NCBI GenBank assembly: GCA_965220805.1 | Contig: OZ244844.1 | Coordinates: 3,415,757 to 3,479,756 of the forward strand | DNA length: 64,000 nucleotides | Reading direction: 5' to 3' | From: Alphaproteobacteria bacterium | GTDB taxonomy: Bacteria > Pseudomonadota > Alphaproteobacteria > SP197 | Shown: positions 1 to 8,583 of the stretch, piece by piece | How positions within the stretch are numbered: the stretch's first letter is position 1 | Layout of the letters: the number at the start of each line of letters is the position of its first letter | Program-made: the position numbers and the translations under genes | The notes under the pieces: generated by a model | Told to the model about the DNA's origin: nothing | Database searches by the model: none | Seen by the model: the letters and a program-made list of their open reading frames with translations, nothing else

Positions 1-751
1 GAACAACCCCAAGTTCCAGACCCAGACGATCCCGACCGGTGAATGGAAGGGCATCATCTTCCTGGTGGACAGACCGCCGTTCGACGATCCCAGGGTTCGC
101 AAGGCCGTTCGGATCGCCGTCGATCGTCAGGAGATGACCGATCTGGTCGCCGGCCCCGGGGGCGGCACGGTCGTGTGTGATCACCCTGTCTGGGCAGGAG
201 ATGCGTATCAGGCCGATATCGATTGCCCGCAGGACATTGCCGAGGCGAAGCGCTTGCTGGCCGAAGCCGGTTATCCTGACGGGATCGAGTTCTCTCTCTA
301 TTCCAGCGACAAGGACCCGCATTGGTCGACGATGGCCGAGGTGTACCAGGAACAGGTGGCTGACGCCGGCATTGCGGTCAATCTCGTCATGGCTCCAGCG
401 GATGGCTACTGGAACGACGTCTACCAGGTTGAGACGGTCTTCCAGACCTGGTGGTGGCAGAGATCCGCAGGCGTGATCCTGAACCTGGGGTGGCGCAGCG
501 ATTCATCGTGGAACGAAAACAACTGGAACAATGCCGAGTTCGACGCCAATCTCGACGCAGCGGCCGGGGAACCGGACTTCGAGAAGCGCAAGGCGCTCTA
601 CGGCATGCTCCAGCGGCAATTGTTCGAAGAGGGTGGCTCGCTCATTCCCTTTCACTTCAACATCACCCGGGCGTATGCCGCGAGTGTCGACGGCTTCCAG
701 CCGATCGAGGAGGCCAGCCTGAGATGGGAGTTGATCACGAAGAGCGAGTAG
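1..751 (+). CDS. ABC transporter substrate-binding protein, family 5 (peptide/nickel, DppA/OppA-like), 5'-truncated by window edge
   Basis: Frame 2 is open from nt 2 (NNPKFQTQTIPTGEWKGIIFLVDRPPFDD...) and continues into ORF 65..751; C-terminal region typical of SBP family 5. Confidence 0.7.
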   Translation, partial: NNPKFQTQTIPTGEWKGIIFLVDRPPFDDPRVRKAVRIAVDRQEMTDLVAGPGGGTVVCDHPVWAGDAYQADIDCPQDIAEAKRLLAEAGYPDGIEFSLYSSDKDPHWSTMAEVYQEQVADAGIAVNLVMAPADGYWNDVYQVETVFQTWWWQRSAGVILNLGWRSDSSWNENNWNNAEFDANLDAAAGEPDFEKRKALYGMLQRQLFEEGGSLIPFHFNITRAYAASVDGFQPIEEASLRWELITKSE

Positions 752-954
752 CGCCTCTCGCGGATTCACGGCGGGCGGCGGCTTGACCGCCGCCCCCGGG
801 TTCCCCGGATCGGGCTGGACGTTTCGAAGCGTGCGGAGACAGGCAACCTGACACTGCAGCTTCGACGGTTGGGAAGGCGTACCCGAAACAACCCGCGCTA
901 CAAGGTGCTTGACCCTCGGGATTTCGTGGCGGGGATTAAAGTGATATCGATTCT

Positions 955-980
955 GTCGACACGTCTCCCACTACGTGTCG
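955..980. promoter_or_regulatory. perfect 9-bp inverted repeat TCGACACGT-N8-ACGTGTCGA just upstream of lipB; possible operator or hairpin
   Basis: Read directly from sequence at 955-963 and 972-980, with ATCGAT-like half sites nearby. Confidence 0.3.
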
Positions 981-987
981 ATGAAAC

Positions 988-1713
988 GTGAAAACATCGA
1001 CATATGCGACCGGGCCGGGAGGCAACGGGGCCGAGTCCCGGCTGCGTGTGCGATCTGGTAGATTCACTGCGATGACATCTGTTCGCTGGAAGGTGAGCGA
1101 CCGGCCGGTGGACTATCCGGATGCGGTGCGCTCCATGGAAGAGACGGCTGCCGGCATTCGCGCCGGCGAGGCGCCGGAGACGGTATGGCTGCTCGAACAT
1201 CCGAGCCTCTTCACGGCGGGAACGAGCGCGCGGGATGACGAACTCATCGATGCCGGAGACATTCCGGTCTACCGCACCGGGCGCGGCGGCCGCTACACAT
1301 GGCATGGTCCGGGACAGCAGGTCGCCTACGTCATGCTCGATCTCGCCCGCCGGGGACACGACCTGCATGTCTTTGTCCAAGACCTTGAAACCTGGATCAT
1401 CCGGACACTGGAGCGCTTCGGTGTGACGGGTCAATGCCGCCGGGACCGCGTCGGTATCTGGGTGGTCGACGCGTGCGGACGCGAGGACAAGATCGCGGCC
1501 ATCGGCATACGCGTGCGCCGCTGGGTGACGTATCACGGGATCAGCATCAACCGTGCCCCGGATCTCGCGCCTTATGGCCGCATCGTGCCCTGCGGCATCA
1601 GGTCTCACGGCGTGACATCCCTGGCGGCGCTCGGTATCGAGGTCGAAGGCCATACCTTGCGCACGGCCATGGAAGAGACGTTCCGCGACGTGTTTCACAA
1701 GGGACATATATAG
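988..1713 (+). CDS. lipB: lipoyl(octanoyl) transferase LipB; real start possibly the internal ATG near 1072; last 4 codons are supplied by the IS end
   Basis: Motifs LLEHPSLFTAG, RTGRGGRYTWHGPGQQVAY, GISIN; stop TAG 1711-1713 lies inside the IS terminal repeat. Confidence 0.8.
   Translation: MKTSTYATGPGGNGAESRLRVRSGRFTAMTSVRWKVSDRPVDYPDAVRSMEETAAGIRAGEAPETVWLLEHPSLFTAGTSARDDELIDAGDIPVYRTGRGGRYTWHGPGQQVAYVMLDLARRGHDLHVFVQDLETWIIRTLERFGVTGQCRRDRVGIWVVDACGREDKIAAIGIRVRRWVTYHGISINRAPDLAPYGRIVPCGIRSHGVTSLAALGIEVEGHTLRTAMEETFRDVFHKGHI
1693..1700. repeat. 8-bp direct repeat TTTCACAA flanking the IS (left copy); right copy at 3046..3053; putative target-site duplication
   Basis: Identical octamers immediately outside both terminal inverted repeats. 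Confidence 0.5.
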
Positions 1714-1880
1714 GAGAGTCACATTCATGCGGCCCACCGATCCGTTTCACGGTTCGCAGGCCCGTTCGATGCGGCAACCTCCCCGTGCAGCAGCGCCTGT
1801 CCCCGACGCCGTATGGTGCGGGCCGCGTTCAGGTCCGCATGATCCGCATGGCCGCAGGCCACGCATTCGAATGTCCTGCC
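1701..1880 (-). ncRNA. hypothetical omega/reRNA region overlapping the tnpB 3' end and right end, by analogy to IS200/IS605; not demonstrated
   Basis: Positional inference only; only 3 nt separate the tnpB stop (1725) from the terminal IR, so any scaffold must lie within the CDS. Confidence 0.2.
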
Positions 1881-2921
1881 CCGGCGCGAAGCGGCGTCAA
1901 CCGCGCCGCACGCCGCGCAGGATTGGCTCGTGAAGGCCGGATTGACAGCCACGACGCGCGGGGCCTTGTAGTCGAGCATGGCCCGCAAGCCGCCCCAGCC
2001 GGTGGCGAGAATCTCGCGGTTCAGCCCGGCTTTCGCCTTCACGTTCATCCCGGGGTGCTCGACTGTTCCCTTCGCGCTTCGCGTCATGGCCTTTGTGTTG
2101 AGATCCTCGATGACGACCGTTCCGCCCGCCAGGGCCCGGGAAACATGGTGCTGCCAGTTGCGGCGGCGCATGGCGATCCGGCGCTGCGTTCGGGCAAGCT
2201 GGCGCCGCGTCTTCTTGCGACGCCGGGAACCGCGCACCTGTCTCGCCAGCTTCTTCTGGTAGCGCCGCCTGCGGGCTTCGAGGCGGCGCGTCTTCGGTGC
2301 CTGGAACAGCCGCCCGTCCGACGCCGCCACCTGCCGCACGTTCATGTCGAGGCCGGTCACCGTACCGTCGTCGGGCCGCTCGACAGACGCCACGCTGTAG
2401 CAGACCGTGGCGTACCACTTGCCGCAGCGCTGCTTGATCACCGCCTGCACCGGCTCGCCCCCGGGGTAGGGGTTCCCTCCCCGGCAGCGAAGCCGCATCG
2501 GCCCGATCTTCGGGACGTAGAGCATGCCGTTCCGGATGCGGATGTCGTCCGGGAGCGTCACCGAGTCATCGCCTCGACGCTTGAAGCGGGGCCGTCCGGC
2601 GCGCCCGGAGAAGAACGCCTGCCAGGCATCCGCCTGGTACTTGAGAGCGTAGCGGACGGGCGCGAACGGCATCTCCTGCAACCACGGCGTCACCCTGCGA
2701 AGCCGGGTGAAGGCCTTGCCGAGCGTGAAGAACGACACGCCTGGCAGCCGGTCCGCTCCCGCCAGTCTCGCCGCTGCAACAAGCTGCTCCTGCTGGTCGA
2801 GCATGGCGTTCCAGACGAAGCGGCACGCGCCCGCGGTGGCCGCAAGCTTGCGCGCCTTCGCCCGGCTGCCGGGGAGCAACCGGTAGGTGACTTGCCGATA
2901 TTCGTGAGTATCCTGAGCCAT
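1725..2921 (-). CDS. tnpB: TnpB RNA-guided endonuclease family (IS605 OrfB), likely start MAQDTHEYRQ with GGAGGG Shine-Dalgarno; ORF track extends to 2978
   Basis: RuvC-I GLDMNV, RuvC-II VVIEDLN, zinc finger CAACG...CVACG, RuvC-III HADLNAARTI; N-terminal YRLLP...RFVWN helical domain. Confidence 0.85.
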   Translation of the reverse strand: MAQDTHEYRQVTYRLLPGSRAKARKLAATAGACRFVWNAMLDQQEQLVAAARLAGADRLPGVSFFTLGKAFTRLRRVTPWLQEMPFAPVRYALKYQADAWQAFFSGRAGRPRFKRRGDDSVTLPDDIRIRNGMLYVPKIGPMRLRCRGGNPYPGGEPVQAVIKQRCGKWYATVCYSVASVERPDDGTVTGLDMNVRQVAASDGRLFQAPKTRRLEARRRRYQKKLARQVRGSRRRKKTRRQLARTQRRIAMRRRNWQHHVSRALAGGTVVIEDLNTKAMTRSAKGTVEHPGMNVKAKAGLNREILATGWGGLRAMLDYKAPRVVAVNPAFTSQSCAACGAVDAASRRGRTFECVACGHADHADLNAARTIRRRGQALLHGEVAASNGPANRETDRWAA

Positions 2922-3023
2922 GCGCGGTCGGCCCTCCATTGGCCGTCTGGTGGGGCGGGGCAGGCGACCCCAAACCACACGCGTGTCATCCCTCGTGAAC
3001 GCCCGGAAGTCAAGGCGATCATG

Positions 3024-3045
3024 GTGACTTTCCTATATAATTCCC
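3024..3045. repeat. terminal inverted repeat of the IS, tnpB-upstream end (partner at 1701..1722)
   Basis: 19/22 match to the other end in inverted orientation. Confidence 0.6.
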
Positions 3046-3047
3046 TT

Positions 3048-3344
3048 TCACAACGTGGGTCGTTGAGCGAAACCGCACGCCACCTCTTCCGCGAACGGCT
3101 CGCACGCAACCTTCTCGACGACGGCCAGCGGCGGCCCCTGTTTCAGGAGGCCCAGCATGGTCTCGATATCCTCCTGGCTTCCGGCAAGGACCGCCTCCAC
3201 CGAACCATCGCTGCGGTTGCGGACCCAGCCGTCAAGGCCGAGATCGCGTGCTTCCTCGCGTGTCCATGCCCGGTACCACACGCCCTGTACGCGGCCGGTG
3301 ACCGTCACGTGCACCCGCCGCTCGTGACCGGGACCGGTGGTCAT
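3048..3344 (-). CDS. acyP: acylphosphatase
   Basis: VTGRVQGVWYR and GWVRNRSDGSVE signature motifs; 98 aa. Confidence 0.85.
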   Translation of the reverse strand: MTTGPGHERRVHVTVTGRVQGVWYRAWTREEARDLGLDGWVRNRSDGSVEAVLAGSQEDIETMLGLLKQGPPLAVVEKVACEPFAEEVACGFAQRPTL

Positions 3345-5338
3345 GGGGAAGAATGCGCGGCGTATTCGAGGAGCGTGGAATCAACGGAAACCGAGTCGCC
3401 GACAGCGACATGAACCTTGGCGATTTCGCCGGAGCGCTCCGCCCGCAGCACGTTCTCCATCTTCATGGCGTCAATGACGACGAGCATCTGACCCGTCTCG
3501 ATCACGTCACCTTCCCCGACCGCAAGATCGACGATCCGCCCTGGCATTGGCGAGGTGACAAGACGGGAGAGATCGGCAGAGGGTCTTGCCGGCATCCGCG
3601 ACAACAGCTTCGCCGCCCCGCCCGAAAGAACTGTCATCTGCTCGCTGACGCCGGCATGCGAGAGTTCCCAGGAGGTCCCTCTGCGCAGCACCTGGACGAC
3701 GGCGGGGAGACCTTCCACCTCACCCTGAAACAGTGTCTGGCCCGGACTCCAGGAACTCGTCACCGTGATGTCGCGCTCGCCGTTCCTCCAGACGATGCCG
3801 TCCCCGGTCAACCGGGCCGACACCTCGAACTCTTCGCCGGGGAACTGCACGACCCAGTCACGGGCCATCGACTCCGGCTCACGCATCGTCCCCGTGATCC
3901 TGCGGTCACGCTCGAGAACTCTGAGGTGGGCAAGAAGGCCCACACTGGTCAGCACCGTTCTTTCGCGCTCCGTCACGGGCGCCCCGGAAAAGCCATCAGG
4001 CCAGGTGCGATCAATGAAGGCGGTCGTCATGTCGCCCGCGGCAAACTCGGGATCACGCATGATCGCCGCCAGAAAGTCGATGTTGTGCTGCACGCCCCTG
4101 ATCTCGAAGGAATCGAGTGCGTGGCGCATCGCAGCAATGGCGGCCTGCCGGTCATCGCCATGCACCACCAGCTTGGCGATCATGGGGTCGTAGAACATCG
4201 TCACCTCGGACCCCTCCTCCACGCCACTGTCGATCCTCAGCGAACGGGTGGTCTGTGGAGGCCGGTAGGTGCGCAGGCGGCCGGTCGACGGCAGAAATCC
4301 GCGCCGAGAGTCCTCGGCGTAGATTCGTGCCTCGATGGACCACCCGTCGATGCCGACATCGTCGGCCGTGAAGGCGAGGGGTTCGCCGGCGGCGATACGG
4401 ATCATCTGTTCAACGATATCGACTCCGGTAATGAATTCCGTCACCGGATGCTCGACCTGGAGACGGGTGTTCATCTCCATGAAGTAGAAGCTCCTGTCGG
4501 GGTCGACGACAAACTCGACCGTGCCGGCCGATCGGTAGTTGACAGCGCGCGCCAAGGCACACGCCTCCCCGGCCATGGCCCGGCGCGTCTCCTCGTCGAT
4601 GAGCGGGCTCGGAGCTTCCTCGATCACCTTTTGATGACGCCTCTGGATCGAGCACTCCCGCTCGTTGAGAGCCACCACGGCGCCGTGGTTGTCGGCCAGA
4701 AGCTGGATTTCGATATGGCGTGGGCGTGTGATGAACTTCTCGAGGAAGACCCTGGTATCGCCGAAGGCAGTGGCGGCTTCCGATTGCGAGGACCGGAACC
4801 CTTCGACGAGTTCATCGTCATCGCCAACCACCCGCATTCCCTTGCCGCCGCCGCCGGCCGCCGGCTTGATCATGATCGGGTACCCGATGTCGAGGGCAGC
4901 CGCGAGTGCCTCGTCGACATCACTGGTCTCGGAAGCGCTGCCGGGAACTACACTCACCCCCGCCGCTTCGGCGATCCTCTTGGATTCGATCTTGTCGCCC
5001 ATGGCGGCAACGGCGCTGGCAGGCGGACCGATGAAAACGGCGCCCGCGGCCTCGACCGCCTCGACGAAGCGGGCGTTCTCGGCAAGAAATCCGAAACCGG
5101 GGTGGACCGCTTCGGCACCCGATCTCACAAGGGCATCGATGATCCTTTCGATGACAAGGTAGCTCTCCCCCGGCGGCGGCGGTCCGATGGGAAAGGACTC
5201 ATCGGCCATCCGGACGTGGAGTGCATCCTCGTCGGCCTGTGAATGAACCGCGACCGTGGCGATACCCAGTGCCCGGCAGGTCGTGATGATCCGGCAGGCA
5301 ATCTCCCCACGGTTGGCAATGAGAATTCGGTTGAACAC
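3341..5338 (-). CDS. pccA: propionyl-CoA (acyl-CoA) carboxylase alpha subunit: biotin carboxylase plus biotin carboxyl carrier domains
   Basis: MFNRILIANRGEIACRI N-terminus, ATP-grasp region, C-terminal AMKMEN biotinyl-lysine motif; adjacent to pccB. Confidence 0.85.
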   Translation of the reverse strand: MFNRILIANRGEIACRIITTCRALGIATVAVHSQADEDALHVRMADESFPIGPPPPGESYLVIERIIDALVRSGAEAVHPGFGFLAENARFVEAVEAAGAVFIGPPASAVAAMGDKIESKRIAEAAGVSVVPGSASETSDVDEALAAALDIGYPIMIKPAAGGGGKGMRVVGDDDELVEGFRSSQSEAATAFGDTRVFLEKFITRPRHIEIQLLADNHGAVVALNERECSIQRRHQKVIEEAPSPLIDEETRRAMAGEACALARAVNYRSAGTVEFVVDPDRSFYFMEMNTRLQVEHPVTEFITGVDIVEQMIRIAAGEPLAFTADDVGIDGWSIEARIYAEDSRRGFLPSTGRLRTYRPPQTTRSLRIDSGVEEGSEVTMFYDPMIAKLVVHGDDRQAAIAAMRHALDSFEIRGVQHNIDFLAAIMRDPEFAAGDMTTAFIDRTWPDGFSGAPVTERERTVLTSVGLLAHLRVLERDRRITGTMREPESMARDWVVQFPGEEFEVSARLTGDGIVWRNGERDITVTSSWSPGQTLFQGEVEGLPAVVQVLRRGTSWELSHAGVSEQMTVLSGGAAKLLSRMPARPSADLSRLVTSPMPGRIVDLAVGEGDVIETGQMLVVIDAMKMENVLRAERSGEIAKVHVAVGDSVSVDSTLLEYAAHSSP

Positions 5339-5356
5339 GTTCCGACACCACCTTGA

Positions 5357-6889
5357 TTACAGGGGAATGTTATCGTGTTTCTTCCACGGGTTGCTCAACT
5401 CCTTGCCACGCAGCATGCGAAGCGCGTTGCACAGGCGCCTGCGTGTATTACGCGGCATGATGACGTCGTCGACGAACCCCCTCGAGGCGGCGACGAAAGG
5501 ATTGGCGAAGCGCTCCTGGTACTCTGCCGTACGGGCTTCCATGCGTCCGGGATCGTCAAGATCGGAACGGAATATGATCTCGACCGCCCCCTTCGATCCC
5601 ATGACCGCCACCTCCGCCGTCGGCCAGGCGTAGTTGATGTCGCCACGCAGGTGCTTCGAGGCCATGACGACATAGGCACCGCCATAGGCCTTGCGCGTGA
5701 TGCAGGTGAGTTTCGGGACCGTTGCCTCGGCGTAGGCATAGAGGAGTTTCGAACCGTGCTTGATGATCCCGCCGTGCTCCTGATCGGTTCCGGGCAGGAA
5801 TCCCGGGACGTCAACGAAGGTGATAATCGGAATGTTGAAACAGTCGCAGAAGCGAACGAAGCGCGCTGCCTTGCGCGCTGCCTCGATATCGAGGCAGCCA
5901 GCCAGCACCATGGGCTGGTTGGCGACAAGGCCCACCGTCGAGCCTTCCATGCGGGCGAACCCGACAACGATGTTGGCCGCGTGGGCCGGCTGGATCTCGA
6001 AGAAGTCCTGCTCGTCCACCACCCTCGTAACGAGTTCCTTGATGTCGTAGGGCTTGTTCGGATTGGAAGGCACCAGGGTATCCAGGGCAGGTTCGACCCG
6101 GTCGAAGGGATCGGAGGTTTCGACTACCGGGGGGCTCTCGCGATTCGAGGCCGGCAGGAAATCCACCAGGCGCCGTGTCTGCGCCAGGGCCTCGACGTCG
6201 TTGTCCCAGGCGAGGTCCGCCACGCCCGACCGCGTGGTGTGGGTTACGGCACCGCCGAGATCCTCGTGGCTGACAATCTCGTGGGTCACCGTCTTCACCA
6301 CATCCGGACCGGTCACGAACATGTAGGAAGTATCCTTCACCATGAAGATAAAGTCGGTCATTGCCGGGGAGTAGACTGCCCCGCCGGCACAGGGTCCCAT
6401 GATCAGCGACACCTGTGGCACGACCCCGGAAGCAAGGACGTTGCGCTGGAACACCTCGGCATATCCGGCAAGGGAATCCACACCCTCCTGGATGCGCGCT
6501 CCGCCACTGTCATTGAGTCCGATCACCGGAGCCCCCACCTGCAGGGCCCGGTCCATGATCTTGCAGATCTTGGTGGCGTGGGATTCCGAAAGCGATCCTC
6601 CGAACACCGTAAAGTCCTGGCTGAAGACGAAGACCAGGCGGCCGTTGATGGTGCCCCAACCGGTGACGACACCGTCGCCTGGCACCTTGTGGTCGGCCAT
6701 GCCGAACTCCGCCGAGCGATGTTCGACAAACATGTCCCATTCCTCGAAGGAGCCTTCATCCAGGAGCAGTTCGATGCGTTCGCGTGCGCTCAGTTTTCCC
6801 TTTGCGTGCTGACGGGCAATGCGCCCCTCACCACCCCCTTCCCGGGCGCGGGCGCGGCGCCCCGTCAGTTCACCGATCACATCCTGCAT
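5357..6889 (-). CDS. pccB: propionyl-CoA carboxylase beta subunit (carboxyltransferase); start set at [10 protein letters not shown] (ORF track extends to 6931)
   Basis: Strong match to PccB/methylmalonyl-CoA carboxyltransferase, about 510 aa after trimming. Confidence 0.85.
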   Translation of the reverse strand: MQDVIGELTGRRARAREGGGEGRIARQHAKGKLSARERIELLLDEGSFEEWDMFVEHRSAEFGMADHKVPGDGVVTGWGTINGRLVFVFSQDFTVFGGSLSESHATKICKIMDRALQVGAPVIGLNDSGGARIQEGVDSLAGYAEVFQRNVLASGVVPQVSLIMGPCAGGAVYSPAMTDFIFMVKDTSYMFVTGPDVVKTVTHEIVSHEDLGGAVTHTTRSGVADLAWDNDVEALAQTRRLVDFLPASNRESPPVVETSDPFDRVEPALDTLVPSNPNKPYDIKELVTRVVDEQDFFEIQPAHAANIVVGFARMEGSTVGLVANQPMVLAGCLDIEAARKAARFVRFCDCFNIPIITFVDVPGFLPGTDQEHGGIIKHGSKLLYAYAEATVPKLTCITRKAYGGAYVVMASKHLRGDINYAWPTAEVAVMGSKGAVEIIFRSDLDDPGRMEARTAEYQERFANPFVAASRGFVDDVIMPRNTRRRLCNALRMLRGKELSNPWKKHDNIPL

Positions 6890-6934
6890 CGTCCGCATCC
6901 GCCTGATTGAGGTCACCCGCCAGCATACCAAGGT

Positions 6935-7627
6935 TCATGCCTGCTGACGAAGCAGACGGAGAAAACGCTCAGCCTCACAAATGTCCGTTTGCCTGACATC
7001 CAGCCGGCGTCGTGCTTCGGCGTCATCGCCCCACACCTCAAGGGACCACAGATCGTCGAGGGAGCCGGCGCGAAAGGCCTCCCCGGCGCCCAGGCGTCCT
7101 GCAAGGAGCGCCAGGGCAATGACGAGGGAGCCGGTGGCGCTTGCGATACTGTGGACCGCAACGAGGTGGAAGCTGTCGAGGTCCTCAACCACCGATCGAA
7201 AGGCGTTGATCGACTCCGGGGGTTGTTCCAGCGGCATGATTCCGGTGGTGACGGCGAGCGCCGCACCGTGCTCTGCCGCGATCCAGTCGACAAGGGGCTG
7301 CCAGCACGCCACCTGGCGGCTGACCAGTTCCACCGGATGATCGGCACGAAAACACACGAGGTCGCTCATTCCCCAGGCCACGAGACCGGCGATGACGCGT
7401 GCGGGTTCGGGCGCAACACGGTCAATGGCCGTGGAGGCAAGACGCATCATGGGCATGGTCGAGGGATCGATGCGATCTCCCTGGCATGTCCACTCCCCGG
7501 CAATGGTGTCGCCAAGGGGCTTCGAGGGAACACGAAGGGGATGTCGTGCCGGTGTCATCACCGGCCGGCCGTCGAGTTCGATACGGTAGTCCCCTTCACT
7601 CCCGGCGACCGCGTACGGGCCTTTCAC
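6935..7627 (-). CDS. ATP12 family F1-ATPase assembly chaperone; probable GTG start overlapping the rluC stop (GTGA)
   Basis: LDGRPVMTPA, IAGEW, MPMMRLASTAIDRV, DLVCFRAD, GSLVIALA, EVWGDDAEARRR match the ATP12 family profile; the ORF track N-terminus (to 7840) overlaps rluC and is not supported. Confidence 0.6.
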   Translation of the reverse strand: MKGPYAVAGSEGDYRIELDGRPVMTPARHPLRVPSKPLGDTIAGEWTCQGDRIDPSTMPMMRLASTAIDRVAPEPARVIAGLVAWGMSDLVCFRADHPVELVSRQVACWQPLVDWIAAEHGAALAVTTGIMPLEQPPESINAFRSVVEDLDSFHLVAVHSIASATGSLVIALALLAGRLGAGEAFRAGSLDDLWSLEVWGDDAEARRRLDVRQTDICEAERFLRLLRQQA

Positions 7628-8583
7628 GGACCATCCCCGTCCACGCTGAATCCCAGCATCTCCCAGCTCTCCTGCAGGTCTTGCGGCAGGGCGCACCCGA
7701 GGTTCAGCATGCCGCCCTCGGGGTGCGGCAGGCAAAGCGACTGCGCGTGGAGGTGGAGGCGCCGGGCGCGCGAGATCCGTCCCGGTGCGCGGTTGCCGTA
7801 CTTTCCGTCCCCGAGAATGGGATGGCCGATGGCGGCGCAATGCACCCTGAGCTGGTGGGTGCGTCCGGTCATCGGGCGCAACTCAAGCCATGTGGCAATT
7901 CGACCGGCGCTTGCGACGATGCGCGCGAACGTCACCGCGCGCCGGCCTCCGTCGTCAGCGACCTCGACACGCTCGCGCCCCGGCCTGCCTCTCTTGACGA
8001 GCGGCATGACGAGGCGGCCTTCCCGCGGCAGGTCCGGAACACCGACGACGAGTGCCCAGTACGTCTTTTCGACCTTGCCGTCCCTGAAGCAGGCCTGCAG
8101 GGCGCGCGCCGCCGGAGCATGGCGAGCGAGAAGCAGGATGCCGCTGGTTTGCCTGTCGAGGCGATGAACCAGGCGTGGCCTCTCCGCCGCGCCAAATCGC
8201 AACCCGTCCAGCAGGGCGTCGAGGTGACGGGACAGTCCGCTGCCGCCCTGCACGGCAAGACCAGCCGGCTTGTCAATGGCAATGATCCAGTCGTCCACGT
8301 GAATGACCCGCGCAGCAATGTCCTCAAGGTCGCGGCTGTCGGGTGACCGGCGGACCGTTTCTGTCGCCGCAGGAGCCGCAGGAAGAGGAGGCAGTCGAAC
8401 CGTCTGACCAGCCTGCAATCTGGCTCCTGCACCGCACCTTCTGCCGTCGAGACGAATCTGGCCCGTACGCAGGAGTTTCGAGAGATGTCCGTGGGTGACA
8501 TGGGGAAAGCGCTGACGGAACCAGCGATCAAGTCGCACGTCGGCATCGGAGTCTGCGACCGTGAGATGGGTGACGGCCGTCAT
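7624..8583 (-). CDS. rluC: RluA-family 23S rRNA pseudouridine synthase (RluC/RluD-like) with N-terminal S4 domain
   Basis: S4-like N-terminus, HRLDRQTSGILLLA catalytic motif. Confidence 0.8.
   Translation of the reverse strand: MTAVTHLTVADSDADVRLDRWFRQRFPHVTHGHLSKLLRTGQIRLDGRRCGAGARLQAGQTVRLPPLPAAPAATETVRRSPDSRDLEDIAARVIHVDDWIIAIDKPAGLAVQGGSGLSRHLDALLDGLRFGAAERPRLVHRLDRQTSGILLLARHAPAARALQACFRDGKVEKTYWALVVGVPDLPREGRLVMPLVKRGRPGRERVEVADDGGRRAVTFARIVASAGRIATWLELRPMTGRTHQLRVHCAAIGHPILGDGKYGNRAPGRISRARRLHLHAQSLCLPHPEGGMLNLGCALPQDLQESWEMLGFSVDGDGP

Larger units (their letters stand above)
1701..3045 (-). mobile_element. TnpB-only insertion sequence (IS200/IS605 or IS1341-like gene content) bounded by 22-bp imperfect terminal inverted repeats, 1345 bp
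   Basis: IR 1701-1722 GGGACATATATAGGAGAGTCAC versus reverse complement of 3024-3045 GGGAATTATATAGGAAAGTCAC (19/22 match); single tnpB ORF; flanked by TTTCACAA direct repeats; sits exactly between the lipB and acyP 3' ends. Confidence 0.75.

Noticed and set aside
898-1737. 279-aa minus-strand ORF antisense to lipB
   Set aside because: Fully overlaps lipB on the opposite strand; no homology; GC artefact.
1434-3413. 659-aa plus-strand ORF spanning the tnpB/acyP region, and similar very long ORFs antisense to real genes (3353..5242, 5375..6910, 13769..15415, 23816..25645, 28725..30209, 31392..32963, 35304..36962, 41440..42579, 45574..46833, 51537..52931)
   Set aside because: They lie antisense to or out of frame with strongly homologous genes, have Arg/Pro/Gly-rich low-complexity translations typical of stop-codon-poor high-GC DNA, and show no recognisable domains.
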